Origin: Cyanobacteria bacterium J06626_4
Lineage (GTDB): Bacteria > Cyanobacteriota > Cyanobacteriia > Phormidesmidales > Phormidesmidaceae
Assembly (NCBI GenBank): GCA_038523235.1
Contig: JBCBJQ010000081.1
Span: 1-26,866 of the forward strand
Length of the DNA: 26,866 nucleotides
Reading direction: 5' to 3'
The translations under genes were made by a program, and so were the position numbers. Position 1 is the first letter of the stretch. Each line of letters begins with the position of its first letter. The notes beneath the pieces are model-generated. The model did not search any database, was not told the origin of the DNA, and saw only the letters and a list, made by a program, of their open reading frames with translations. Positions 1 to 8,939 of this stretch are shown one piece after another.

Positions 1-192
1 CAACAGCGCTGGCGACTTAAAAATATGTTCAAGAATCTCGATAAATTGTTTGTGTTGAATCGAGGGAACGGGTGGGCAGTATAGAACTGTAGAAAACTGC
101 GAAATGCACTGCTGTTGATATAAGCCGATCCTGTTTGTATTTACACATGCATCTCGAAATTCTTGAACCAATCAGATTTGAGGCTTAATACC

Positions 193-411
193 ATGGCTGT
201 CGAAAAAGTAAACTCTTCATCTAGCTTGGCCGAAGTGGTCGATCGCATCCTCGACAAGGGCATTGTGATTGACGCTTGGGTTCGAGTTTCTCTCGTCGGG
301 ATTGAACTGCTTGCCGTTGAAGCACGAGTTGTCATTGCTTCTGTTGAAACTTACCTGAAGTATGCAGAAGCTGTGGGGCTCACCACGCAAGCTGCTGTAC
401 CTGCTTCCTAG
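193..411 (+). CDS. gvpA: Gas vesicle major structural protein GvpA (72 aa)
   Basis: [64 protein letters not shown] is canonical cyanobacterial GvpA. The ATG at 193 is preferred over the TTG at 163. Confidence 0.98.
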   Translation: MAVEKVNSSSSLAEVVDRILDKGIVIDAWVRVSLVGIELLAVEARVVIASVETYLKYAEAVGLTTQAAVPAS

Positions 412-439
412 TCTTAGCTAGCGGTATCTTTTAATCAGT

Positions 440-482
440 CGTTGGTCGATGTCCGGTCTTTTCGGCTGTTCATCGACCAACG
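440..482 (+). terminator. Stem-loop downstream of gvpA (terminator or mRNA stabiliser)
   Basis: Perfect 12-bp inverted repeat CGTTGGTCGATG (440-451) / CATCGACCAACG (471-482), with an inner CCG/CGG pair, followed by TATTT. Confidence 0.75.
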
Positions 483-652
483 TATTTCCCTTTCCGAGCT
501 TATCTACTGAGCTTTCCACTCGTAAGAAGTTGTCTCTCTTTGTTAAAGCCGTCCCCCTTGCAATGGCTGGGTGATAAATAACTGAGTTTCTATGGCAACC
601 AGTAGACTTTCACTTTTGAAAATTGTCGAGTTTTAGACAGGAGGTGGCGACC

Positions 653-1630
653 ATGGCGGCTCTCCAAGATGAATGGTACGCAGCGCGAGTCAAACGTCAG
701 CAAGCGATCGCCCAGCGGCAAGAAGATGTGCAGTCAGAGTTGAGTTCGCATCAGCAAGCGCGTGCACAAAACGCAGTCACGACCCGCAGGATGCTAACAG
801 AAAATTACGCTGCAATCCAGGCTGAAACTGACTTATATCTGGCTCAAATTCAACAGCAACGAGCCGCTCAGGCAAAGCTGACGGCAGCTGAGTTGCGAGA
901 GTTTGACATCGAGCTTAAAAAAGCTGTCGCTGCCAAGCGCCAAGATTACCAGGCCTATTTAGCTGAGCTGAAGCAGGCAACGCAAGAGTCCTTGACCCAG
1001 CATCAACAAGCGCGCATGATCATGGCGCAGCAGCAGCAACAGCAGTTAGTCGAGTACATTGCTGAGCTAGAAGCCTTTGTGGCTGATTACTTGACCACCG
1101 TAACGGCCAATCGTGAGGTAGAAGCAAAGGCTGCTCACGCAAAACGGCACAGCGATCGCGAAGCTCTGAACCGTGATGTGCAAGTGACGTTAGCCGACCT
1201 TGCTGCCTACAAGTCAGAGCGACAGGCCTTTTGCGAAGGTCTCCGACAATCAATTTGGGGCACAGCCGCGCCGCGCCGTGCCGCCATGCCACCCAATCGC
1301 CGTAAATCCGCTGCTACCATCCGCAAGCCGGATACGCGCAGACCGCGTGCCAAAGCTAAACCGGCTGCTGCTGCCAAAGTGAGTCAGCCATCTGCTGTTA
1401 AACAAGTTACTGTGCCTACGTCAACCCCAAGCAAAGCGGCGGTATCAACCGAAGAAGCCGTGTTTGATTACCTGCAAAGTCATCCGCAGGGGACTCGTCT
1501 AACTGAAATTGAATCCACGTTGGGCATCAACCGTTTCCAGGCCGTCGATGCCCTGCGATCGCTGATTCAAAAAGAGCTCATCGTTCAAAAAGATAGAATC
1601 TACCGTATTCGAGAGGAAGCCGTTCTGTGA
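653..1630 (+). CDS. gvpC: Gas vesicle protein GvpC with basic low-complexity linker and C-terminal winged-helix-like domain
   Basis: Lies between gvpA and gvpN. Helical Q/A/E-rich repeats with QQAR/QQQR/TANR motifs spaced 33, 51 and 33 aa, ending in LRQSIWG. A GGAGG Shine-Dalgarno precedes the ATG at 653. Confidence 0.85.
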   Translation: MAALQDEWYAARVKRQQAIAQRQEDVQSELSSHQQARAQNAVTTRRMLTENYAAIQAETDLYLAQIQQQRAAQAKLTAAELREFDIELKKAVAAKRQDYQAYLAELKQATQESLTQHQQARMIMAQQQQQQLVEYIAELEAFVADYLTTVTANREVEAKAAHAKRHSDREALNRDVQVTLADLAAYKSERQAFCEGLRQSIWGTAAPRRAAMPPNRRKSAATIRKPDTRRPRAKAKPAAAAKVSQPSAVKQVTVPTSTPSKAAVSTEEAVFDYLQSHPQGTRLTEIESTLGINRFQAVDALRSLIQKELIVQKDRIYRIREEAVL

Positions 1631-2907
1631 GTACTGTTCTCCAAGCCCGCCCCCGCAATTTTGTCAGTACCCCTGCCGTCGAGCGTGTCGCTCGTCGCGC
1701 CCTACGATATCTTCAATCAGGCTATTCGGTTCATCTTCGAGGCCCCGCCGGCACGGGCAAAACCACCCTCGCCTTGCACCTCGCTGACTTGTTGAGTCGG
1801 CCCATCATGATGGTGTTTGGTGACGATGAGTTTAAGACCTCTGACCTCATTGGTAATCAGTCCGGCTATACCCGCAAAAAGGTGGTGGACAATTACATCC
1901 ACAGCGTCGTTAAGGTCGAAGATGAGGTGCGCCACAACTGGGTTGACTCACGCCTGACCTTAGCTTGTCGCGAAGGCTTCACCCTGGTTTATGACGAATT
2001 TAATCGCTCTCGACCGGAAGTCAACAACGTCTTACTTTCAGCTTTAGAAGAGAAGCTGCTAGTGCTGCCCCCGAGCGGCAATCGGCCGGAATATCTGCGG
2101 GTAGATCCGCATTTTCGCGCCATTTTCACCTCAAACCCTGAAGAATACGCTGGTGTGCACGGTACCCAGGATGCGTTGCTAGACCGCCTGATTACCATTC
2201 ATATGCCAGAGCCCGATGAACTGACCCAGCAGCAGATTTTAATTCAGAAAGTTGGCATCGAACCCGCTGATGCGCTGCTAATCGTTCGTTTGGTCAAAGC
2301 TTTTCAATCTCAGATGGCCAGCAACGGCACCACAAGTCTGCGCCCTTGCCTCATGATCGCCACCATTTGCCATGAGCATGGTGTGCCCGTCATGGCTGAG
2401 GATGCTGACTTTCGCGATGTCTGCAGCGATGTGCTGCTGTCTCGAGTTACTGAGGATTTATCGACGGCAACTCGAACCCTTTGGGATCTTTTCAATGGGC
2501 TGACGGTCGGCGTGGTGCGATCAGAAACTAAGAGTCTTGAGCCGAAGGCACCTAAAACGCCAATCCCTGACGAAAATCAAAAGCCCGTGGCCAAAGCGAA
2601 GGGCAAAGGCGGGCATCAGCCTGCCACTTCAGCGATCGCCGATTCTACAAAGATCGCCGATTCTACAAAAACTCAGCCTCAGCCTGATGCGGTCCCGGTT
2701 GTCGAGGCCACATTGAATGAAGTCGACGCCCAGGTTCTCGCGTTCTTGACGCAACAAAAGGTGGCCCCGCTATCAAAAATTGAGTCTGAATTGTCATTGA
2801 GCCGGTTTAAGGCTGTCGATGCGTTGCGATCGCTAGTTGAACTTGGCTACGTGCAGAAGCATAATAAGCCTGGTAAGCCGACCATCTATCGCCTCAGCGC
2901 GGACTAG
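1627..2907 (+). CDS. gvpN: Gas vesicle AAA+ ATPase GvpN with C-terminal winged-helix-like extension
   Basis: Walker A GPAGTGKT, Walker [22 protein letters not shown] and QDALLDR motifs. The GTG start overlaps the gvpC stop (GTGA). Confidence 0.96.
   Translation: MSTVLQARPRNFVSTPAVERVARRALRYLQSGYSVHLRGPAGTGKTTLALHLADLLSRPIMMVFGDDEFKTSDLIGNQSGYTRKKVVDNYIHSVVKVEDEVRHNWVDSRLTLACREGFTLVYDEFNRSRPEVNNVLLSALEEKLLVLPPSGNRPEYLRVDPHFRAIFTSNPEEYAGVHGTQDALLDRLITIHMPEPDELTQQQILIQKVGIEPADALLIVRLVKAFQSQMASNGTTSLRPCLMIATICHEHGVPVMAEDADFRDVCSDVLLSRVTEDLSTATRTLWDLFNGLTVGVVRSETKSLEPKAPKTPIPDENQKPVAKAKGKGGHQPATSAIADSTKIADSTKTQPQPDAVPVVEATLNEVDAQVLAFLTQQKVAPLSKIESELSLSRFKAVDALRSLVELGYVQKHNKPGKPTIYRLSAD
2634..2669 (+). 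repeat. Perfect 18-bp tandem duplication in the gvpN linker (IADSTK x2)
   Basis: GATCGCCGATTCTACAAA at 2634-2651 and again at 2652-2669. Confidence 0.95.
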
Positions 2908-2986
2908 CGGATCTTCTCTGTGAAGGTTTGTCGATAGCGACCCACGGCGTTCGCACCTGCACCGCAATCATCATAAGAGGGGCACC

Positions 2987-3349
2987 ATGAGTGGCCAGTC
3001 TTTTTCACGTCCGTCGAGTACCAACAATCGACCGATGGCAACGGCGACCCAGGGATCTACCCTAGTGGACGTGTTGGAACGGGTTTTAGACAAAGGTATT
3101 GTCATTGCTGGCGATATCTCTGTGTCAGTCGGGTCAACCGAACTGCTCACGATTCGGATTCGGTTGCTGGTAGCCTCCGTCGATAAAGCCCGAGAAATGG
3201 GCATTAACTGGTGGGAAAACGATCCTTATTTAAGCGCGCGATCGCAAGAGTTGCTCGAAGCTAACGAACAGCTACAGGCCCGCCTCGAAAGTTTAGAAAC
3301 AGAACTTAAAGCCCTCAAAGCGGCTGAAGTTGAAGACACGGCTAGTTAG
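2987..3349 (+). CDS. gvpJ: Gas vesicle protein GvpJ
   Basis: GvpA-like core TLVDVLERVLDKGIVIAGDISVSV...RLLVASVDKAREMGINWWENDPYLS plus a coiled-coil tail; follows gvpN. Confidence 0.93.
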   Translation: MSGQSFSRPSSTNNRPMATATQGSTLVDVLERVLDKGIVIAGDISVSVGSTELLTIRIRLLVASVDKAREMGINWWENDPYLSARSQELLEANEQLQARLESLETELKALKAAEVEDTAS

Positions 3350-3641
3350 CCATGCTCATTTGTTCGCCCCCCGTTCGACCCCATAATCTAGACTCCGAAA
3401 GACGCTCCCGTCGCTCTGAATGCACCAGCTCCTAGCCGTTATCGATGTCTATTCTGGCGCGCGGGACGAGGCCGTCAGTTAAGACATGCCAGCGAGGCTA
3501 CTTGCCGGGGCAAAATTTGTCGCGGTGATGTTCAGAATCGGCCTCAACTCGATAAGAATTTGCCGACAATCGGTTAGTTTGCTGGGTCGCCTCGGGCGTG
3601 ATCTCTCTAGAATAGGCACAGCTTCGTAGAGAGTGTGAGCC

Positions 3642-5030
3642 ATGCCAACGCCCCGTTTATTGATCATCGGTTTGGACTGCATGGAGCCATCGCTGGTGTT
3701 TGACCAGTGGCGCTCAGACTTGCCTAACCTCAGTCGTCTGATGGCTCAGGGCAGCTATGGTCGATTAGAGAGCAGTATTCCAGCCATCACGGTACCCGCG
3801 TGGAGCTGCATGATGACGGGGCGCGATCCGGGTGAATTGGGCATCTATGGGTTTCGCAACCGGCGCGATCGCGGCTATCACAGCATGGGCATCTCCAATG
3901 GCACTGCCGTGAAATTTCCCCGCCTGTGGGACATTTTGGGCCAAGCCGGTTGGCAAGTCGCCGCCCTGAGTGTGCCCGGCACTTCACCGCCCTATGCGGT
4001 TAACGGCAGTTTGGTTTCCTGCTTTCTGACCCCCGGCACGGATGTCGCATTTACTCATCCGCCAGAACTCGCCGAGACCATTCGTGCTTGGATGCCCGAC
4101 TTCATGATGGATGTGCCGAACTTTCGCTCCGACGAAAAAGACCGCATCTTGAGCAACTTGTTTCAGCTTTGCGATCAGCGATTTACGCTGGCAGAAAAAC
4201 TCATCATGCAAGACCAGCCTGACTTCCTCATGCTGGTTGATATGGGGGTCGATCGCATCCACCATGCCTTCTGGAAACCAATGGATCCTAAGCACCCCCA
4301 ATATGAGCCCGATTCCCCGTTTCAAAACGCGATCCACGACTATTACGTTCACGTTGATCAGCGGGTTGGTGAGCTGTTAAACGTTTGTGATGACGACACC
4401 GCAGTTTTAGTCGTGTCTGATCACGGGGCTCAGCCCCTGATGGGGGGCATTTGCATTAACGAATGGCTGATCCAAAACGGCTATCTCACCCTCAAAGCGG
4501 AGCCCACAGAACCGCTATCGCTCGACAAAGTTGACGTTGATTGGGGGCAAACTCGCGTGTGGGGAGCCGGTGGCTACTATGCTCGCATCTTTCTCAACGT
4601 TAAGGGGCGTGAACCTGAGGGCACCGTGAGCATGACGGACTATGAACCCCTGCGACATGAACTAGCTGAAAAACTTGCGCAACTCACGACGCCCACGGGG
4701 GCTCCGCTAAACATCAAAGTCTTTAGACCCCAGCAGATTTATCAAAAGGTGCGCGGTCGGGCGCCTGACCTCATCGTCTATTTTGACGACTTGGCATGGC
4801 GCTCTGTTGGCAGCGTCGGCATCGGTGACCTCTACACCGTCGAGAATGACACCGGCCCCGATGATGCCAACCATGCCCCCTTTGGCCTCATGATCTTCCA
4901 TGACCCGCGATCACCCAAACAGGGTCAGTTCCTCGAAGGGGCGCAGCTCTATGACATCTTGCCAACGATGCTATCTCGCTATCAGGTAGAAGCCCCAAAA
5001 GGATTGAGAGGCAAGGTGTTGGATGTCTAA
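3642..5030 (+). CDS. Alkaline phosphatase superfamily protein (type I phosphodiesterase/nucleotide pyrophosphatase)
   Basis: IIGLDC, IPAITVPAWSCMMTG (likely Thr nucleophile), DRIHH, VVSDHG and C-terminal DDANH motifs. No signal peptide is evident. Confidence 0.88.
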   Translation: MPTPRLLIIGLDCMEPSLVFDQWRSDLPNLSRLMAQGSYGRLESSIPAITVPAWSCMMTGRDPGELGIYGFRNRRDRGYHSMGISNGTAVKFPRLWDILGQAGWQVAALSVPGTSPPYAVNGSLVSCFLTPGTDVAFTHPPELAETIRAWMPDFMMDVPNFRSDEKDRILSNLFQLCDQRFTLAEKLIMQDQPDFLMLVDMGVDRIHHAFWKPMDPKHPQYEPDSPFQNAIHDYYVHVDQRVGELLNVCDDDTAVLVVSDHGAQPLMGGICINEWLIQNGYLTLKAEPTEPLSLDKVDVDWGQTRVWGAGGYYARIFLNVKGREPEGTVSMTDYEPLRHELAEKLAQLTTPTGAPLNIKVFRPQQIYQKVRGRAPDLIVYFDDLAWRSVGSVGIGDLYTVENDTGPDDANHAPFGLMIFHDPRSPKQGQFLEGAQLYDILPTMLSRYQVEAPKGLRGKVLDV

Positions 5031-5259
5031 TCGACGAAGCTTAACAGACCGCACAAGATATTAGACTGAACTGCGGCGCTCGTTGACAGACCATGGTCGA
5101 TGGCTGTGGAGCCTGGGACAAGGGCACTTCTGCCCCTGGGCTCCGGTGCGTTGCCAAGATCACTTTGGCAGTAAGAGCAATGAGTTTGGGGATGGCGGTG
5201 TAAACCCGTACCTTGGGTGCGTAAAAACCGGATTGTTTCATCAATGGCTAACATTTACA

Positions 5260-5290
5260 GTTCTTAACAGTGCTATAAGTAGTTAAGAAC
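5260..5290. promoter_or_regulatory. Inverted repeat bracketing a -10-like box directly before a small ORF
   Basis: GTTCTTAAC-N13-GTTAAGAAC; the spacer contains TGCTATAAGT, and the ATG is at 5292. Confidence 0.5.
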
Positions 5291-5291
5291 A

Positions 5292-5489
5292 ATGGCTGAA
5301 AAAGAAACGACAAAGCCCGCTGTTCGCTGGCGTAAGTTTTTAGTCAAGGGGACGTTTTGGCTGTCATCAGAACTGATGTTGGGCCTGATGGGCTTAGACA
5401 CCGTGGCTGACTACAGCGAGTTTTTGACGCGCAGTCAAGCGGTTAGCCACCTCAGCGATGCGATCGCCACCGTGACGGCCTTGATGTAA
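5292..5489 (+). CDS. Small hypothetical protein (65 aa), possibly membrane-associated
   Basis: W-x3-E-x2-L-x3-GLD-x2-ADYSEF pattern that I recall from small cyanobacterial hypothetical proteins. It has an ATG start and an AT-rich upstream region. Confidence 0.7.
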   Translation: MAEKETTKPAVRWRKFLVKGTFWLSSELMLGLMGLDTVADYSEFLTRSQAVSHLSDAIATVTALM

Positions 5490-5587
5490 GTCTCGGTGGC
5501 ACCGTCATAACTCAGGAGATGGGCGATCGCTCCGTTCGTTGGCCAGGATTTTGGCAACGAACTCACAGAAGGTCGGTAATCTAACCT

Positions 5588-5614
5588 TTGACCGGCCCGG
5601 CAAATCGGTAGAAT
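5588..5614 (+). promoter_or_regulatory. Putative sigma70-type promoter of clpP
   Basis: TTGACC-N15-TAGAAT about 30 bp before the clpP ATG; the spacing is short. Confidence 0.35.
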
Positions 5615-5645
5615 CATAAAAAGCATTTTGATGGAATAAACGTCG

Positions 5646-6251
5646 ATGATCCCAACCGTTATTGAACAGTCTGGCCGTGGTGAACGCGCCTTTGACATTT
5701 ATTCTCGTCTGTTGCGAGAGCGCATTGTTTTTCTGGGGCAAGAGGTCACCGCTGACTCAGCCAATCTAATCGTGGCTCAAATGCTCTTCCTCGAAGCTGA
5801 AGATCCTGAAAAAGATATTTACCTCTACATCAACTCCCCTGGTGGTTCTGTGTCAGCGGGTCTTGGCATCTTTGATACGATGAACCATATCCGTCCTGAT
5901 GTGTGTACGATTTGCGTTGGGCTGGCTGCGAGCATGGGCGCGTTCTTACTTACGGCGGGTAAAAAGGGCAAGCGGATGAGCTTGCCGAACTCGCGGGTGA
6001 TGATTCACCAGCCTTTAGGCGGTGCTCAAGGTCAGGCAACTGATATTGAAATTCAGGCAAAAGAGATTCTTTACTTGAAGGATCTGCTTAACAAGGCTCT
6101 GGCTGAGAATACCGGTCAGCCTTTGGACAAAATTGCCGCAGATACTGAGCGCGACTTCTTTATGTCGCCCCATGAAGCGATGGAATATGGCCTAATCGAC
6201 CAGGTCATTGATCGCCACTCGGTCGGTAGCCGTCCTACGCCGGTCGCCTAA
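5646..6251 (+). CDS. clpP: ATP-dependent Clp protease proteolytic subunit
   Basis: [44 protein letters not shown] (catalytic Ser), MIHQP and ERDFFM motifs. Confidence 0.99.
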   Translation: MIPTVIEQSGRGERAFDIYSRLLRERIVFLGQEVTADSANLIVAQMLFLEAEDPEKDIYLYINSPGGSVSAGLGIFDTMNHIRPDVCTICVGLAASMGAFLLTAGKKGKRMSLPNSRVMIHQPLGGAQGQATDIEIQAKEILYLKDLLNKALAENTGQPLDKIAADTERDFFMSPHEAMEYGLIDQVIDRHSVGSRPTPVA

Positions 6252-6272
6252 AGCGAGTTCATCCATTAACTT

Positions 6273-6332
6273 GGCAAAAATCCTGAGTGACGAACTGACT
6301 GACATAGTAGTTTATCGCTCAGGATTTTTGCC
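6273..6332. terminator. Long hairpin between convergent clpP and DUF937-like gene
   Basis: GGCAAAAATCCTGAG / CTCAGGATTTTTGCC perfect 15-bp arms, extendable inward with G-U pairs. Confidence 0.75.
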
Positions 6333-6475
6333 GTTTAAATCGCCTTACTCCCCATGCTCATAAGGATGCCCGTAAAAATTGCGCTGCCGAAGCGTTCACA
6401 TCACAGGAGTCAATTCCTTGAGCCTGGCGAGGGTGAGGTGATAAATCGTGCCTCTCGACACAGGCCCAAGCACTA

Positions 6476-6907
6476 TTACAAGAACTTGCTGGCCATCCCG
6501 ATGAGACCAGCCATTTGACCCAAATCAACCTCTCCCGAGAGCACCTTTTGTAACAGGCCTTCGCCCTGAGAATTTGAGCCTTTGACTAAGAACTGAGCAA
6601 TGAGCGGCGTGACACTCTTGACCATAGCGGGATCTGCACCCACCCGCTGGGCGATCGCACTCACCTGCTCAGAGCCGAGCAGCTGTTCTACCGCCCCAGT
6701 TGCTGCCACCGTCTGCAGACTGCCCATCAAAGAACTGGCATCGCCTTTTTGCTGTAGCTCCTTTTGCAGGCCACTTGCGACATCACCAATTTTGTTGTTA
6801 TCCACTGGGGCCTGATTCAAAGCGCCCAAAACCGAACCCATCAAGCCGTTGCTAGCTTCTGTGTCAGAGCGCTCGATCGCCTGACCCACCATGCCCATCA
6901 GATCCAT
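6476..6907 (-). CDS. DUF937/YidB-like hypothetical protein
   Basis: G/L/Q-rich helical protein with VSAIAQRVGADPAMVKSVTPL and a MASKFL end, resembling cyanobacterial DUF937 proteins. The ATG at 6907 follows GGTGGA; an alternative start is at 6940. Confidence 0.65.
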   Translation of the reverse strand: MDLMGMVGQAIERSDTEASNGLMGSVLGALNQAPVDNNKIGDVASGLQKELQQKGDASSLMGSLQTVAATGAVEQLLGSEQVSAIAQRVGADPAMVKSVTPLIAQFLVKGSNSQGEGLLQKVLSGEVDLGQMAGLIGMASKFL

Positions 6908-7277
6908 AATTCCACCAAATTTCTCTACACAAACGGTCATTTACAGATAGCACGGAGTCAGAGATTTTGTGAAAATCCCCCTATCCCTTAGGAGTTGTAA
7001 CATCGACGCCACCCTGGAACAACGTGAGTTCCTTAACCTCGGTAAGGGAATTTCTGCGGCAATCTAAGGGGGCCACTGCGGGACGACCTCCACATTCTCA
7101 AAGCCCGGAGATGCCAAGAAGAACAAGCGCACAATACTCAGACAGACCTTATGGCAGACCAGTGATGCGCAACGGTTGGACTGTCGTTGAGGCGACAAAG
7201 ATGCCGCCGAACCTTTACAAACGTCACCTTGTTCCACAGCATAGATAAGGTTATCCGCATGTTAGGAGCTGATATTT

Positions 7278-7727
7278 GTGGAACGCACGTTTATTATGAT
7301 CAAGCCCGACGGAGTTCAGCGAGGGCTGGTGGGCGAAGTGATTAGCCGCTTTGAGCGCAAGGGTTTCACTTTAGTCGGCATGAAGCTCATGGCTGTTTCT
7401 CGAGAATTAGCCGAAAAGCACTATGGCGTTCACAAAGACAAACCCTTCTTTGCGGGTCTGGTCGAGTTTATTATCTCTAGTCCCGTCGTGGCTATGGTGT
7501 GGGAAGGCGACAGCGTTGTAGCGTCAGGCCGTACCCTGATTGGAGCGACCAACCCAATTTCGTCGGCCCCCGGCACCATCCGAGGTGACTTTGGCATCAC
7601 GATTGGTCGCAACTTGATTCACGGTTCTGATGCCATTGAGACGGCTCAGCAAGAAATTAAGTTGTGGTTCCAAGAAGATGAGTTAACCAGCTGGGAACCG
7701 AGCACCAAGGGCTGGCTGTACGAATAA
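7278..7727 (+). CDS. ndk: Nucleoside diphosphate kinase
   Basis: [24 protein letters not shown] and NLIHGSD motifs; AGGAG RBS and GTG start. Confidence 0.99.
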   Translation: MERTFIMIKPDGVQRGLVGEVISRFERKGFTLVGMKLMAVSRELAEKHYGVHKDKPFFAGLVEFIISSPVVAMVWEGDSVVASGRTLIGATNPISSAPGTIRGDFGITIGRNLIHGSDAIETAQQEIKLWFQEDELTSWEPSTKGWLYE

Positions 7728-7771
7728 GTTTTTGGGTCTCTAGGCGAGAGCTGAGAGCCAACGATTATCCC

Positions 7772-7814
7772 AAGCCGCTGCTGAGTTGAATGAATCACTC
7801 GGCAGCGGCTTTTT
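7772..7814 (+). terminator. Rho-independent terminator of ndk
   Basis: AAGCCGCTGCTGAGT...ACTCGGCAGCGGC followed by TTTTT. Confidence 0.85.
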
Positions 7815-8080
7815 GTTCGGCCTGGTGCTCGATCTCCCAACGCACATCAGCTCAACAACCGTCTCGGGTTCAGCAACGGAAGCGCCGCTGAGCGATCGCC
7901 CATATGACGGCAGCCCCTCATGTGCTCTTGCCTAAATATTGAGAACGGTAATCAAAGCGGCGGCGAGCGAAGTAATGGCCATCAGTTCAAGCGCTACAGT
8001 GACTCGGCTCAAAAATATCGATGCTCAGAGCATGCAGAATGCCAGACTGATTGAGACCAATACGCTGCTAATTATGAAAA

Positions 8081-8167
8081 CGGAGAGAGAGGGATTCGAA
8101 CCCTCGTTAAAGTTGCCTCTAAACAGCATTTCCAGTGCTGCGCCTTCAACCACTCGGCCATCTCTCC
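8081..8167 (-). tRNA. trnS: tRNA-Ser (GGA)
   Basis: Reverse complement reads GGAGAGATGGCCGAGTGGTTGAAGGCG-CAGCA-CT GGA AA-TGCTG-long variable arm-GAGGGTTCGAATCCCTC-TCTCTCCG. CCA is not encoded. Confidence 0.97.
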
Positions 8168-8389
8168 AAGGTCTCGATCGCCCATAAAGAACAAATCGTA
8201 GATGAATATACTATCAAACAATTGAAGCGGCGGCAGGGCGACTGCTCTGGAAATTTGCGCGTGAGGGGGCAGAAGAGCAGCCTCTCGATCTTGACAACCC
8301 CGCTCAAACTCAAACTCCTATGAGAGGATAGATGGGTAGCGGGATAGTTTCACGCATCCCGACCGTTGTTATCGAGTTTCCCCCAAGGC

Positions 8390-8758
8390 ATGACTTGCTC
8401 CCATCGCATCACGATTCATCATCGGCAGCATGACACTGACTACACCGCTGAGGTGCCAGAAGATCGCTATATCTTGCAGACGGCTGAAAACCAAGGCGCT
8501 AAGCTGCCGTTTGCCTGCCGCAACGGCGCTTGCACTACCTGCGCCGTGCGGATTCTCTCGGGTGAAGTAGAGCAACCAGAAGCGGTCGGGCTCTCGCCTG
8601 ATTTGCGATCGCAGGGGTATGCGCTGTTGTGTGTGAGCTATCCTCGCACCGATTTAGAAGTCGAGACTCAAGACGAAGACGAAGTCTATGAACTGCAGTT
8701 TGGGCGCTACTTTGGTAAGGGTAAAGTCCGCTTTGGACTGCCCATTGAAGACGATTAA
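8390..8758 (+). CDS. 2Fe-2S ferredoxin with C-terminal extension (Fed2/FdC2 type)
   Basis: LPFACRNGACTTC...ALLCVSYP plant-type cluster motif with the tail EDEVYELQFGRYF. Confidence 0.92.
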   Translation: MTCSHRITIHHRQHDTDYTAEVPEDRYILQTAENQGAKLPFACRNGACTTCAVRILSGEVEQPEAVGLSPDLRSQGYALLCVSYPRTDLEVETQDEDEVYELQFGRYFGKGKVRFGLPIEDD

Positions 8759-8939
8759 GCCCTGATGGCAAATGGGGAATACTGAAGCGGGTTGGGGGGC
8801 TGATCCAGGGTTTTGAGGCATGAGGCAATGTCTATACGGCTGGCTCTGGTGACCCGGATCCACGGGTAAGCGTTGAGAGAGCACGCTGGTCTCAGTTTCC
8901 AAATCACCCTCCGTAGACATTGCACCGGGATACAGCCGT

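Noticed and set aside
141..335. Antisense ORF over gvpA, and the many other shadow ORFs in the track
   Set aside because: They overlap well-supported genes in other frames or strands and show no recognisable motifs.
5188..5232. GTA...TAC as an NtcA site
   Set aside because: The spacer is 6 nt (GTAAACCCGTAC), not the required GTA-N8-TAC.
7024..7248. 74-aa ORF upstream of ndk
   Set aside because: It has a GTG start without an RBS and no protein-like pattern, and lies in a divergent promoter region.
8081..8167. tRNA-Ser as an island integration site
   Set aside because: No integrase and no duplicated tRNA 3' end were noticed, and the flanks are housekeeping genes.
7939..8187. 82-aa ORF and the 8135-8323 ORF
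   Set aside because: They overlap the tRNA-Ser gene on the opposite strand.
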